From positions 1 through 63,750 of the IMG/VR virus record IMGVR_UViG_3300044630_001179: a stretch of DNA of 63,750 bases. One strand, given 5' to 3'. Position 1 is the first letter of the stretch; the number at the start of each line of letters is the position of its first letter. Origin of the DNA: a virus (lineage: Duplodnaviria; Caudoviricetes). This document shows positions 53,498 to 63,687 of this stretch, one piece after another. The notes beneath the pieces are model-generated. The model saw only the letters and a program-made list of their open reading frames with translations, had not been told where the DNA came from and did no database searches. Made by a program: the position numbers and the translations under genes.

Positions 53498-56400
53498 TTA
53501 TGATTTATTTTCTAATTTTAATAATCTATCGTTTATTTCCTTAAAAGCGTTTACATAAGAAGCGTAGATGGCATCTTTCTCAAATTGTAAGATTGGACTA
53601 CCTAAATTCTTATCAAGAACCTCTAAGCCATTCTCATCCACTCTTGAAATGCTATTGGTTTCAACCACACAAGCCATTGCTTGTTGCACTTCTTGTGCTA
53701 TAAAGCCATACTTTTTGTGGCAAGACTTATCCCCGTTCCAACAATAGCTTACCGGTCTTAGTTTAACAATGTCATCTAAGCCAAATCCTGTATCTTGAAT
53801 TGTATTCTTTCTTCTTCCATCAGAGATACCACCCCCTAAACTACATATGTTGTTTACAAATGTAAAGTTGTTTGCTACAGCAGATATGCAAGAACCAATC
53901 ATATGAGCATTAATAGCACTATTAGTTGAGTTATTACATCCACCAAGTACAGATGAAAAGCAAGAGTTAGCTGTGTTATAAGCACCTCCTCCAATAAAAG
54001 TATAATCACCTGAAGCTGTATTGTTTCTACCTGCTACAACTATATTAAATTGTGTACCTGAGGCTACGTTACTTAATCCATTACCTACAAAGTTATAGTT
54101 TGCAGTTGCGCTATTACCTTGACCGTTTATAACTGTGCCGTGGAAGTTTCCTGTGGCTATGTTATTACATCCAACACCAAGAAAACCATAATTGCAAACT
54201 GTACAACTTGCACTACCACCACCTACAAAAGAACAATTACCTAATGCCTTATTGTTTACACCACCTCCTAAAAATGACTGAGCACCTGATGCGACATTAC
54301 CACCTCCTCCACCAATTGCACTTCTATATCCTGAAGCAGTATTGGATTGACCACCGCTAACAACTGAAGCAAAAGCATTTGCTGTGTTACCAATACCTCC
54401 TGCTACAGTAGTATAATTTGCAGTGGCACTATTACTATCACCACCTGAAACTGTTGTTCTATATGCTGAAGAAGTATTGTAAATACCACCACCTACAAAT
54501 GAACGATAGCCTGAGGCTGTATTACCATATCCACCTACTACAGTTGCTTGGTTTGCACTTGCTGTGTTTAATTGTCCTCCTCCAACAAAAGAAGCATTTG
54601 AATTTGAATTGTTGCCTTGACCACTACCAATAAAAGAACAATTTCCTGAAGCTGTATTTTGTACTCCTCCTACTACTGCTGAAGTACCTCCACTTGTTAC
54701 GTTTTGATTTCCACCACTAATTGTACTATAATTTGCTGATGCTGTATTTTGATTACCTCCTCCAATTGTTGTAAGAGTACCTGTAGCGTTATTACATCTA
54801 CCACCTGATATAGTTGCGTTATTTCCTGAAGCTATATTAATACAACCACCACCAACTACACCCATATATCCTGTTACTGATGCACAGTTATTATAACCAC
54901 CTGAAACTGTTGAATAACTTGCTTCAGCATTGTTATTTGCACCACCACCAACTGTTGAATAAGTTCCGCCTGCAACACCAACACTCCCTCCTGCCACTAC
55001 TGAACCATATCCACTTGCAGTGTTTTGATAACCACCACCAATAGTCCCTCTTACACCTGAGGCTGAATTTATGTAACCTCCACCTACAGTTGAATAAGTG
55101 TTAGATGCTGTATTGCCTCTACCACCTGCTGCTATAGAACGAACACCTGAGGCGGTATTTTGATAACCACCTGCTACTACAGCCTCTGTATTATTTGCAC
55201 AGTTAAATGTACCTGCACCAACAAATGTTTTTGCACTTGAAGAAATGTTACCATATCCTCCTGAAACTGTTGAGCCATAAGCAGAAGCTGTATTGTTATG
55301 TCCTCCCCCTACAAATGCTCTTTCTCCACAAGCGGTATTGTTATAACCCCCTGCCACTGTTGCTTGAGCATTTGTTGCTTCATTACTATAACCTCCTCCT
55401 ACAGTAGAATAAACACCTGTTGCACAGTTTGGATAACCACCTCCTACAGTTGAATAAGCACCTGATGCTAAATTAGTACTACCTCCACCAATAGCTGAAC
55501 AAGCTCCTGAAGATACGTTAAAATAACCTCCTCCTATTGCAGAATAAGCACCACTTGCTGTACTTCCTCTACCACCAAGAATAGCTGCTTCTAAACCTGT
55601 TGAACTATTTGATTCTCCACCTGCTACTACTGATTCACTTGTAGTAGCTATGTTACCATATCCCCCACCAACAAAAGGATAGAAACAGCCACTTGCTACA
55701 TTATAATATCCTCCACCAACAGTTGCTCCATTACCTGTTGCTCTATTCTGAAATCCGCCACCTATTGTTGAAAATCTACCTGCATTTATTCTTGTTGGAT
55801 TAACTGTCCATCCATTTGTAAATGTTCCTCCTGTAGAGTTGTTACCAACACCACCCCCAATTGTAGCACCTAATGCACATACATCGCTAACTGAATGACA
55901 AACTGAGTTAAAACTACCACCACCTAAAGTTCCATAGGCTTGGTTATTTAATCCTTGATAACCTCCACTAACAGTTCCTGAATAACCTGATACAGTATTA
56001 CCTAAACCACCACTTACAACTCCATTTGCAATTGAAGAAGTATTACTATATCCTCCTCCTACAAATGATTTAGCACCTGATGCTGTATTAGACCATCCTC
56101 CACTTATTGTAGAACAAGCTCCTGAAGCTGTGTTTCCAATTCCTGCTGCTACAGATGTGTGACCACTTGCCACTGAACCACATCCTCCTGCTACAGCTGC
56201 AAAAGTACCTGAAGCTGTGTTAGAAGCACCACTACCAACAAAAGAATATCTACCACTTGCTGTGTTTCCTTGTCCTCCTCCCACTGTTGCTCTATAACAA
56301 GAAGCTGTATTGTTGAATCCTCCTGATATTGTTGAATATGCAGATGATGCAGTGTTACTTTTACCTCCCCCTATTGTAGCACAGTTACCTGAAGCTATGT

Positions 56401-59400
56401 TAGATATACCTCCTGATATATTTGAACGAATTCCTGAAGTTGCGTTAGTAGAACCTCCGCCTATATTTGATTGTGGTCCTGAAACTACATTCAAAATACC
56501 GCCTCCAACAAACGAATAAGTTCCGCTTGCTGAGTTTTGATAGCCTCCTACAACTGCTGAATAAACATTTGATGCTGTGTTGTCATAACCTGCTCCTACA
56601 AAGGAATAATTTGCACTTGATAAATTTGATTCACCACTTACAACAGCTGACCTTGTGCCTGATGCATTATTACTTAAACCACCTCCTGTAAAACTGTATG
56701 TACCTGAAGCTGTGTTTGACTGACCACCTCCTACAACTGACCTATTTGCTGAAGCTGAATTATTACTACCACCACCTATAAAAGATGATGTATTTTGTGT
56801 TGTATTAGAAAGACCACCTGCAATAGCAGAATATGAACCCACTGAAGCATTAGCTGAACCACTTAAAGAACCACTATATGCTCCTGATGAAGTGTTAGTT
56901 ACACCACATCTTACAGATGAACATAATCCTGCACCTGTTACAATAATAGCTTCACCTGAATAAGGTGCTGTATTGGTAATACAGAACGTACCTGATGTTG
57001 TGATTGGAGAACCTGTAATGCTTATGCCTGTACCTCCATTTGCAGCAACGGATGTTACCGTTCCTACGCAAGAAGTCTTATTATTAAATGTATTCCAATC
57101 AGTACTACTTAAGAATCCATTACTTGCAGTACCTGCTTGAGTAATGCTTATAGCACCGGTACCACTATTATAGCTAATAGGAGCCGTTCCGCTTAATGAA
57201 CCTAAAGTAATAAAGTTAGCACCATTGGTTAACTGACTTGTATTAGTTGGTATAGTGATAACACCCGTAGTGCTATTATAAGCACCACTACCTGCCGCAA
57301 ATGATAATGCTGCACGTGCTCTGCTATTTAAGTAATATTGGTTTGTGGTTCCTTCAGGAATATTGTCAGTAGTCAAACTAACAGCACCTGTAAATCCGTT
57401 TACACTTACCACTGCGTCAGTATTATCTACCTGTTGCCACGCAGTGCCATCAAATATCGCCCAATCCCCTACGAACCAATCTGTAATTCCATCAAGGTTT
57501 GTGTTACCGGCTACACTTACAATGTAATAGTAACCTCTTACTCCAACACCACTTGTTAAAGTAGGTGTGTTAGTAGAAGCGTTCCACGTGCCTTGATAAA
57601 TGGTACTACCAATCAAACCATTGATTTGGTTTTGTACTTTACCAAACGCTGTAAGAATGCTATCAGAAGCACTAATGCTACCTCCTGTAATATTAACACC
57701 GGTAAGAACCTTTCCTGTTACTGCAGCATTGTTCAAAGTTACTGAAGCTGCACCCGGACCTGAAGCCGTAGCCTCACCCGTAAGTGAAGTAATATAGTTG
57801 CCTGCTGCTTGTTTATTATTAAAAGTAGTCCAATCAGTTGAACTTAAGAATCCATCCTGACTACCACTTGCCTGTTGAATTGTAATATTTGGAGTAGAAC
57901 CACCGCTTGATGCCAATGGACTACTTGCTGTAACGTTACCTACCTTAGTATTAAACGTTGACCAATCAGCAGCACTTAAAGCACCACGATTAGCAGCACT
58001 CGCTGTAGGTACATTTAATGTAATTACAGGAGTAGTTGTACCATTAGCTACGCTTGAACTTAAATCAGTTCCACTTGTGCCTAATGTCAAAGCAGCTACT
58101 GATGTAACCGTTCCAACACTCCAACTTCTATCTGCACTCAAGTCATATTGAGTACCATTGATAGAAAGTAATCTTGATGTTGGAACATAACTGCCTGCCG
58201 GTTGCTTGTTATTGAATGTATTCCAATCTGTTGAAGAAAGGTATCCATCACTTGCTGCTCCTGATTGAGTAATTGAGAATGTTCTATTTGCACTTAAATC
58301 ACCACCACCTTGTAAAGGTGCAGTTGTGCTTATTGTAGTTGCGGCATCTGCAGGAGTATATCCTAAAATTCCTGCAACAGTATTATTCTCATATCTTAAT
58401 GTAGTACTATTCCACCAAATACTTGCTTTGTTTGCAGGACTTGGAGCATAGACATTATGTAATTCTCCAAGCTCATATCCTGTATCTACGGATACATAAA
58501 TCTTACCATTATTTGCGTGAGCATAAGTAACATAACCCACAATTACTGCGTGGTTAGGAGCAATAGGTCTTATATTTGTTAATTGACCCGGAGTAACTGC
58601 AGATAAATAAACTACATCTCCATCAACCCAAGTTTCACCTTGAAGTGAACCTGTTGTATTAATTTGCTTTACCTCACCAAAGTTTGTAATAAATCCTTCT
58701 TGATTTACTAAAATAGTCTCAGTAACAAGACCTAATACTTCTGTGCTATTATTCTCATTATTACCCTGAGCCAATACAATAGCAAGACGCTGACCTTGAG
58801 CACCGCCTTCTGCTACCTTTCTTATTCTTACTACTTGATAGTTTGCTTCAAGTAAATCAATTCCCGACTTGTTTACTACTCGTGTAACAGTTTCTTGTCC
58901 AATTTGAAGCGTAACATTGTTACCCATCAACCTTAAATCCATTGTTCCATCAGTAGAGTTCCACTGCATACGTCCAACCTGTAATGCACCTGTTGGTGTC
59001 AAGTCAGCTTGAAAGTATCCTGCAGAAATGCCAAACTCTCCTAAATCAACATTAGTTGTTGCTCCTGTGTAAGGAACAAATCCTGTTAATCCCGGAAATG
59101 TTTGAAGTGCACCTGTACCATCAATGTACTGAAGACTTGTACCCGCACCTGTAATTGCAATCGTACCATTTGCAGTCAATGGGCTATTTGCCACACTAAA
59201 TGCTGATGGCATACTTACACCAACAGAAGTTAATCCCGTGTCTAAATCAGTCCAAGAAGCGGTAATGGTACCACCATCTTGCTCATTAAGCGTTAATGTC
59301 TTTGTTGTTGTTCCTGTAACCGCAGCACTTACAATACTTCTATCATAAGCTGTATTCCAATTACCTGAGTTATCAGTGATATATGTAATGGTTCCGGCAG

Positions 59401-60907
59401 TAGATTTAACTAAGCCGGTTCCACCTAAATAATTTTGTTTGTTGTTGAATGTTGTCCAATCAATAGCACTTAAGTATCCATCTACCAACGTTGTTGCTTG
59501 AGGAATACTGAAAGCCCCTGTTAAGTTATTATATACCAATGGAGATGACGCACTTAGCGAACCAAGTGTAATGTATCCTGCTCCATTTAATATTTGATTA
59601 TTATTTGTAGGAATCGTTATAACACCTGTTGTATTATTATACGCTCCGCTACCCGCAGCAAAACTTAATGCCGCTCTTGCTCTACTATCTAAATAATAAA
59701 GATTAGTTGTTCCTTCAGGAATGTTGTCAGTCGTAAGACTTACTGCTCCTGTAAATCCATTTACGGATGTAACTGAATCAGTGTTGTCAACTTTCTGCCA
59801 AACACTTTCACTAAATATAGCCCAATCACCTATCTGCCAATCAGTAATGCCATTTAAGTTTGTATTACCTGCTACGTTTACAACATAATAATGACCTTGA
59901 ACACCTACGCTACTTACTAAAGTAGGTACGTTTGTGCTTGCATTCCATACCCCTTGGTATTGAACGCCACCAACTAATGCATTGATTTGACTTTGAGTCT
60001 TACCAAATGCAGTTAATATGCTATCAGAAGCGTTAATAGTTCCTGCTGTTGGATTAAATCCTGTTAATACCTTACCTATTACAGCAGAATTACTAAGTGT
60101 AACAGTTGCTGAACCCGGACCACTTGCAGTAGCTTCACCTGTTAATGCAGTAATATAATTACCTGCATTTTGTTTGCCATCAAATGTAATCCAATCAGAA
60201 GAACTCAAGTATCCGTTTTGGGAACTTGTTGCTTGCTGAATACTAAATACACCTGTTGCAGAATTAAATAATAATGGAGATGTGGCACTATAAACAGGTA
60301 AACTTATCCATTCAACAGTTGTTGCAGTACTTGATAAAACTTGTCCTGCTGTACCAACTGACTCATTATAGTCCATAACTACACCTTGAATTGTCAATTG
60401 TGTAGTTACATTAGCTGTTTCTGAAGTAACATCTAATGCTTGAATATTTGCATCAAGAACAATATCAATGTCAGCCGTATTACCAACTTCTAATACTTGT
60501 TGTAAATTAGGAGTAAAGATTGGAGGAAGCGTGAACCACTCCACTCCATCACCTGTGCTCGTAAGAACTTGACCCGGTGTTCCAACCAAATCAAGTGAAT
60601 CAAATACACTACCTACTATATGAGTTTCCTCATTTAAGTAGGTAATGTATAGATTAGCAGTATCTGTTACGTCAAGATAAGTTGTAGTAATTGTACCAAA
60701 TAAATTAATGTCTTGTGTAGCGGTATTGCCAAAGTCCAAAATACCTTGCAAGTTATTTGCAGGCATTAATGGGATAAAAAGGTCTAATAGTTCTTGTAAC
60801 GTAAAATTATACGTTGCATCTTCTATTTCTCCTCCAACACTTGTACCAATTAGCTTATCGGCTAATTTAGGTACAGGTACAACTTCGTATGTACTAATCT
60901 TTGACAT
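53498..60907 (-). CDS. Long tail fibre/adhesin with Gly-rich beta-helical repeats and C-terminal S74-type intramolecular chaperone
   Basis: GYLS..DW.TFN.K repeats; many ~14-aa N.ASG..S.V.GG repeats; SDGRRK...L.PV.Y.W...GFIAQEV. Confidence 0.85.
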   Translation of the reverse strand: MSKISTYEVVPVPKLADKLIGTSVGGEIEDATYNFTLQELLDLFIPLMPANNLQGILDFGNTATQDINLFGTITTTYLDVTDTANLYITYLNEETHIVGSVFDSLDLVGTPGQVLTSTGDGVEWFTLPPIFTPNLQQVLEVGNTADIDIVLDANIQALDVTSETANVTTQLTIQGVVMDYNESVGTAGQVLSSTATTVEWISLPVYSATSPLLFNSATGVFSIQQATSSQNGYLSSSDWITFDGKQNAGNYITALTGEATASGPGSATVTLSNSAVIGKVLTGFNPTAGTINASDSILTAFGKTQSQINALVGGVQYQGVWNASTNVPTLVSSVGVQGHYYVVNVAGNTNLNGITDWQIGDWAIFSESVWQKVDNTDSVTSVNGFTGAVSLTTDNIPEGTTNLYYLDSRARAALSFAAGSGAYNNTTGVITIPTNNNQILNGAGYITLGSLSASSPLVYNNLTGAFSIPQATTLVDGYLSAIDWTTFNNKQNYLGGTGLVKSTAGTITYITDNSGNWNTAYDRSIVSAAVTGTTTKTLTLNEQDGGTITASWTDLDTGLTSVGVSMPSAFSVANSPLTANGTIAITGAGTSLQYIDGTGALQTFPGLTGFVPYTGATTNVDLGEFGISAGYFQADLTPTGALQVGRMQWNSTDGTMDLRLMGNNVTLQIGQETVTRVVNKSGIDLLEANYQVVRIRKVAEGGAQGQRLAIVLAQGNNENNSTEVLGLVTETILVNQEGFITNFGEVKQINTTGSLQGETWVDGDVVYLSAVTPGQLTNIRPIAPNHAVIVGYVTYAHANNGKIYVSVDTGYELGELHNVYAPSPANKASIWWNSTTLRYENNTVAGILGYTPADAATTISTTAPLQGGGDLSANRTFSITQSGAASDGYLSSTDWNTFNNKQPAGSYVPTSRLLSINGTQYDLSADRSWSVGTVTSVAALTLGTSGTDLSSSVANGTTTPVITLNVPTASAANRGALSAADWSTFNTKVGNVTASSPLASSGGSTPNITIQQASGSQDGFLSSTDWTTFNNKQAAGNYITSLTGEATASGPGAASVTLNNAAVTGKVLTGVNITGGSISASDSILTAFGKVQNQINGLIGSTIYQGTWNASTNTPTLTSGVGVRGYYYIVSVAGNTNLDGITDWFVGDWAIFDGTAWQQVDNTDAVVSVNGFTGAVSLTTDNIPEGTTNQYYLNSRARAALSFAAGSGAYNSTTGVITIPTNTSQLTNGANFITLGSLSGTAPISYNSGTGAISITQAGTASNGFLSSTDWNTFNNKTSCVGTVTSVAANGGTGISITGSPITTSGTFCITNTAPYSGEAIIVTGAGLCSSVRCGVTNTSSGAYSGSLSGSANASVGSYSAIAGGLSNTTQNTSSFIGGGSNNSASANRSVVGGGQSNTASGTYSFTGGGLSNNASGTRSAVVSGESNLSSANYSFVGAGYDNTASNVYSAVVGGYQNSASGTYSFVGGGILNVVSGPQSNIGGGSTNATSGIRSNISGGISNIASGNCATIGGGKSNTASSAYSTISGGFNNTASCYRATVGGGQGNTASGRYSFVGSGASNTASGTFAAVAGGCGSVASGHTSVAAGIGNTASGACSTISGGWSNTASGAKSFVGGGYSNTSSIANGVVSGGLGNTVSGYSGTVSGGYQGLNNQAYGTLGGGSFNSVCHSVSDVCALGATIGGGVGNNSTGGTFTNGWTVNPTRINAGRFSTIGGGFQNRATGNGATVGGGYYNVASGCFYPFVGGGYGNIATTSESVVAGGESNSSTGLEAAILGGRGSTASGAYSAIGGGYFNVSSGACSAIGGGSTNLASGAYSTVGGGYPNCATGVYSTVGGGYSNEATNAQATVAGGYNNTACGERAFVGGGHNNTASAYGSTVSGGYGNISSSAKTFVGAGTFNCANNTEAVVAGGYQNTASGVRSIAAGGRGNTASNTYSTVGGGYINSASGVRGTIGGGYQNTASGYGSVVAGGSVGVAGGTYSTVGGGANNNAEASYSTVSGGYNNCASVTGYMGVVGGGCINIASGNNATISGGRCNNATGTLTTIGGGNQNTASANYSTISGGNQNVTSGGTSAVVGGVQNTASGNCSFIGSGQGNNSNSNASFVGGGQLNTASANQATVVGGYGNTASGYRSFVGGGIYNTSSAYRTTVSGGDSNSATANYTTVAGGIGNTANAFASVVSGGQSNTASGYRSAIGGGGGNVASGAQSFLGGGVNNKALGNCSFVGGGSASCTVCNYGFLGVGCNNIATGNFHGTVINGQGNSATANYNFVGNGLSNVASGTQFNIVVAGRNNTASGDYTFIGGGAYNTANSCFSSVLGGCNNSTNSAINAHMIGSCISAVANNFTFVNNICSLGGGISDGRRKNTIQDTGFGLDDIVKLRPVSYCWNGDKSCHKKYGFIAQEVQQAMACVVETNSISRVDENGLEVLDKNLGSPILQFEKDAIYASYVNAFKEINDRLLKLENKS

Positions 60908-60921
60908 CCGCTATAAAGTTT

Positions 60922-61188
60922 TTAATGTACTATCTTCAAATCATCTCCTGTTCTATAAAGTTCACCCACAGCTAAACCTGCTAATACTGCTGCTGCATTA
61001 TCTGCATAGACAGGAACGTTAGCTATAACAATAGCTGCAGCGTTAAAGTTTGCCTGAAATAAAGCTAACAACTCTGCCGGAGTAAAGTTATATGTTGCAT
61101 TTTGAGGTGTATTACCAACCCTTGTGCCTACAAGTTTATCATTTAACTGCGGTGCCGCATTATTAGGATACGAATTAATTTTTCCCAT
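60922..61188 (-). CDS. Small virion protein sharing the tail-fibre N-terminal module
   Basis: MGKINSY...L.DKL.GT......ATYNFT..ELL.LF resembles the fibre N-terminus; YADNAAA..AGL..G.LYRTG. Confidence 0.6.
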   Translation of the reverse strand: MGKINSYPNNAAPQLNDKLVGTRVGNTPQNATYNFTPAELLALFQANFNAAAIVIANVPVYADNAAAVLAGLAVGELYRTGDDLKIVH

Positions 61189-61426
61189 CTTCTTTTTGTT
61201 TTACTTCTCCTGTTTGCGTATTGATTACAGCATTAGGACCGTATTTCTCAATAAGAACTTTTTCGTTATTAGAAAAAGCCTCCATTATTTTCTCTGCTTG
61301 AGAAACAAGGGCTTGTTTCTTTAACTCAAGGTCTCCAAGACTAATCTTAATCTTAGTGAAATCTTGTGTTCCTTTTTGGATAAATTCTAATTCTTCTGCT
61401 GTCAAGTTTACTGTTTCGTTTGTCAT
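61175..61426 (-). CDS. Coiled-coil hypothetical protein (L.EKYG...IN..TGE)
   Basis: ORF track; TATATTTG element at 61450-61457. Confidence 0.65.
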   Translation of the reverse strand: MTNETVNLTAEELEFIQKGTQDFTKIKISLGDLELKKQALVSQAEKIMEAFSNNEKVLIEKYGPNAVINTQTGEVKQKEDGKN

Positions 61427-61471
61427 TTGATTTGATTTTTTAATTTATACAAATATAGTAAATAAAAATTA

Positions 61472-61927
61472 TCATTTTGGTAGATACTTACGTGCTAACC
61501 ATAGTACGAACAGGATGAGGATAAGCCACAAAAAAACTGAATAGTTCGCTTTCTTATCGACCTTCTTCTCAAAACCTTTAGCCTTAATATCTTTTTTGAC
61601 CGAAACCTTATTCTCAATAGACTTAGACACAGTTACTTTGGACGAATCCACTACGTGTCTTCGTGTTTTTTTGAGCCTAACTTTCGCATTAAAGTATTGC
61701 TTACCATCAATTACTAATGGCTTAGCTGTATCAATGGGTACTATCTCAACCTCATCAATATCCTCTTTAACAGAAATAGCGTTCTGTTGTACAGAAACGC
61801 TATCCTTCTTTTCGACAACTGTGCTGTCAATATGGGTTTCTACTTGTGTCTTGGTAACCATTACCTTCCTTGAAGCACAAGAGAATAGTAAGAAACTAAG
61901 TAATATTAAGGTAAGATGTTTTGCCAT
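61472..61927 (-). CDS. Lipoprotein with C-terminal TM helix (u-spanin-like)
   Basis: Lipobox LFSC; C-terminal VFLWLILILFVLWLA; overlaps the endolysin gene. Confidence 0.6.
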   Translation of the reverse strand: MAKHLTLILLSFLLFSCASRKVMVTKTQVETHIDSTVVEKKDSVSVQQNAISVKEDIDEVEIVPIDTAKPLVIDGKQYFNAKVRLKKTRRHVVDSSKVTVSKSIENKVSVKKDIKAKGFEKKVDKKANYSVFLWLILILFVLWLARKYLPK

Positions 61928-62360
61928 TTGATTTGATTGCTTTTAAAATTTGACCCCTATTTTTACCATTGGTATAAGATACGTGTACCCAATCAGGATT
62001 AGAATCAGAGCCAAACTCCCAAATCAATTGGTCGAACTCCAAGTTGTCTTTGATATAGTCAAAGACCATCTTATTAGTCACACCATTTGGAGTGCCATCC
62101 ATATCAATATCAACTGCTTGACCTTTACAATGTTGAGAAGTCAATGACCCTCCTATTATCTTGTTAAGTTCAGCCGACCTGTATCCACTTGATATATGGA
62201 TTGGACATCTAAAGTTATTGCGAATAGGCTCAAATACATTCTCCGCTAATAATTTAAAGTTGGCAATATGCTCTTCTGTCGGCATATTACTAATCCCATT
62301 ACGCTTTGCTGATTCGCTTCTGATTAACTCAGATAGTGCTAAGTGCTCACTTATTTTCAT
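61896..62360 (-). CDS. Endolysin, peptidase M15 family
   Basis: ISSGYRS..LN, SQH..G.AVD, WVHVSY. Confidence 0.9.
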   Translation of the reverse strand: MKISEHLALSELIRSESAKRNGISNMPTEEHIANFKLLAENVFEPIRNNFRCPIHISSGYRSAELNKIIGGSLTSQHCKGQAVDIDMDGTPNGVTNKMVFDYIKDNLEFDQLIWEFGSDSNPDWVHVSYTNGKNRGQILKAIKSNGKTSYLNIT

Positions 62361-62610
62361 TGTCTGTTCCTTTAAATCCTTTAATTAATCCTGTTACCGC
62401 CTCAATGGTTGTAAGACCTAATGCCACAGCACTAAGTGCAAACGTTGCCCATACAAGTGAGTCTGCCGGAGCAAAGTCACCCTGAGTTTTTGAGTTGTCG
62501 TATAAAGTATAGAATAAAGCAAACGCTCCTACTATACCTACTAACCTTTTACTTGATGTTCCACTTTCTGAGGAAAAAAATCCTCCAAGCCATCCGAATA
62601 CTTTTTTCAT
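62347..62610 (-). CDS. Putative holin (2 TM)
   Basis: SSKR motif followed by two hydrophobic segments; overlaps endolysin. Confidence 0.6.
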   Translation of the reverse strand: MKKVFGWLGGFFSSESGTSSKRLVGIVGAFALFYTLYDNSKTQGDFAPADSLVWATFALSAVALGLTTIEAVTGLIKGFKGTDNENK

Positions 62611-62958
62611 TTAATCGTTATTTGTAGTGTCAACTTTGGTTTTACCCCAAAAATTCTTCTTCTCTTTAATCTGAATGGTATCGTGTATATACACTGTATC
62701 TACCCTAACCTTCATCCCACTAATCTCACTTTTAAGGTCTTTAACTTCTGCTTTCAAAGTTACTATTTTAGTAATTGCCTGAGCAACTAATTTGTCTTCT
62801 TTCTTTTTTGCCTTTGCGTGTACCTGATGAAAATTGCTATGATTTTGCTTTGCATCCTCAATTAGCTTTTTAAACTCTGCATCTTTCTGCTGCTCTGCAT
62901 CTTGCTGCTGAGCACTTAATGTACATCCTGTTAGAAAAAGTAAAAATAAATACTTCAT
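62611..62958 (-). CDS. Putative lipoprotein, coiled coil (o-spanin-like)
   Basis: MKYLFLLFLTGC lipobox; in the lysis cluster. Confidence 0.45.
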   Translation of the reverse strand: MKYLFLLFLTGCTLSAQQQDAEQQKDAEFKKLIEDAKQNHSNFHQVHAKAKKKEDKLVAQAITKIVTLKAEVKDLKSEISGMKVRVDTVYIHDTIQIKEKKNFWGKTKVDTTNND

Positions 62959-63251
62959 TACTTAATGCTTTGAATTTTACCTAATTGCTCTAACGTACTT
63001 AGCTTAGAAGTAGCCGCAGCTAATGATGAGTCAGTTCTTCTAAGTGTAATCTGCATCACCTCAACTTTTCCTTCTAACTTCTCAACCTTTGTATTTTGAG
63101 AAACTATCTGTTCTTTAAAAGTAGACTTAACGTCTATGTATAGGTACGATATTGCTATCAATACCAAAAATAACGTAGCAACAATTGGATTCTTCGCAAA
63201 AGTCTTGAAATCCATTACACTCGTTATTGGGTTTAAGTTTTTTACTGCCAT
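62958..63251 (-). CDS. TM-anchored coiled-coil protein (i-spanin-like)
   Basis: Single TM followed by coiled coil; 1-nt overlap with the next gene. Confidence 0.45.
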   Translation of the reverse strand: MAVKNLNPITSVMDFKTFAKNPIVATLFLVLIAISYLYIDVKSTFKEQIVSQNTKVEKLEGKVEVMQITLRRTDSSLAAATSKLSTLEQLGKIQSIK

Positions 63252-63262
63252 TGTATTATTAT

Positions 63263-63394
63263 TTATCGTCCTTGACCTCGGTACGCTTTTTTATAAAGTT
63301 TACTTGTTTTGATTTTGCTTGTCTTGTTTTTTGCAGCTACACCTCTTTTTTTAGGCTTGCTAATATAAGAACTTGTGTTTGTTGCCTTTGCCAT
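63263..63394 (-). CDS. Small basic protein ending KKAYRGQGR (43 aa)
   Basis: Translated by hand; fills gap. Confidence 0.6.
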   Translation of the reverse strand: MAKATNTSSYISKPKKRGVAAKNKTSKIKTSKLYKKAYRGQGR

Positions 63395-63687
63395 TATTTT
63401 CTAATTATAAACTCAGTAATAACTTTTAATGCACCTAATCCAACCAATGTAACCAACGCATAGAAGTAAGCCTTGTACTTTTTCAACTCAGCTTTTAACT
63501 CATATACTTCTTTCTTAACTTCTTTAAAATTACCAATCAGTCCACTTGAATCTTTATCTATTGGATTGCCGGCTAATAAAGTATATACATCTTTTAGCAT
63601 AGCCTTCATCTCAGATACCTCTGTTTTGATAGACTCTAACTCGTCTGCCATAATATCAAGTCTGCTGTTATCTTGGTTACTCATCAT
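63394..63687 (-). CDS. Coiled-coil protein with C-terminal TM helix (holin/XhlA-like architecture)
   Basis: ORF track. Confidence 0.5.
   Translation of the reverse strand: MMSNQDNSRLDIMADELESIKTEVSEMKAMLKDVYTLLAGNPIDKDSSGLIGNFKEVKKEVYELKAELKKYKAYFYALVTLVGLGALKVITEFIIRK

Noticed and set aside
21577-60907. Stop-codon reassignment as in some crAss-like phages
   Set aside because: Long genes are intact and densely packed under the standard code
53498-60907. Diversity-generating retroelement acting on the tail fibre
   Set aside because: No reverse transcriptase recognised; the repeats are in-frame protein duplications rather than an adenine-specific TR/VR pair
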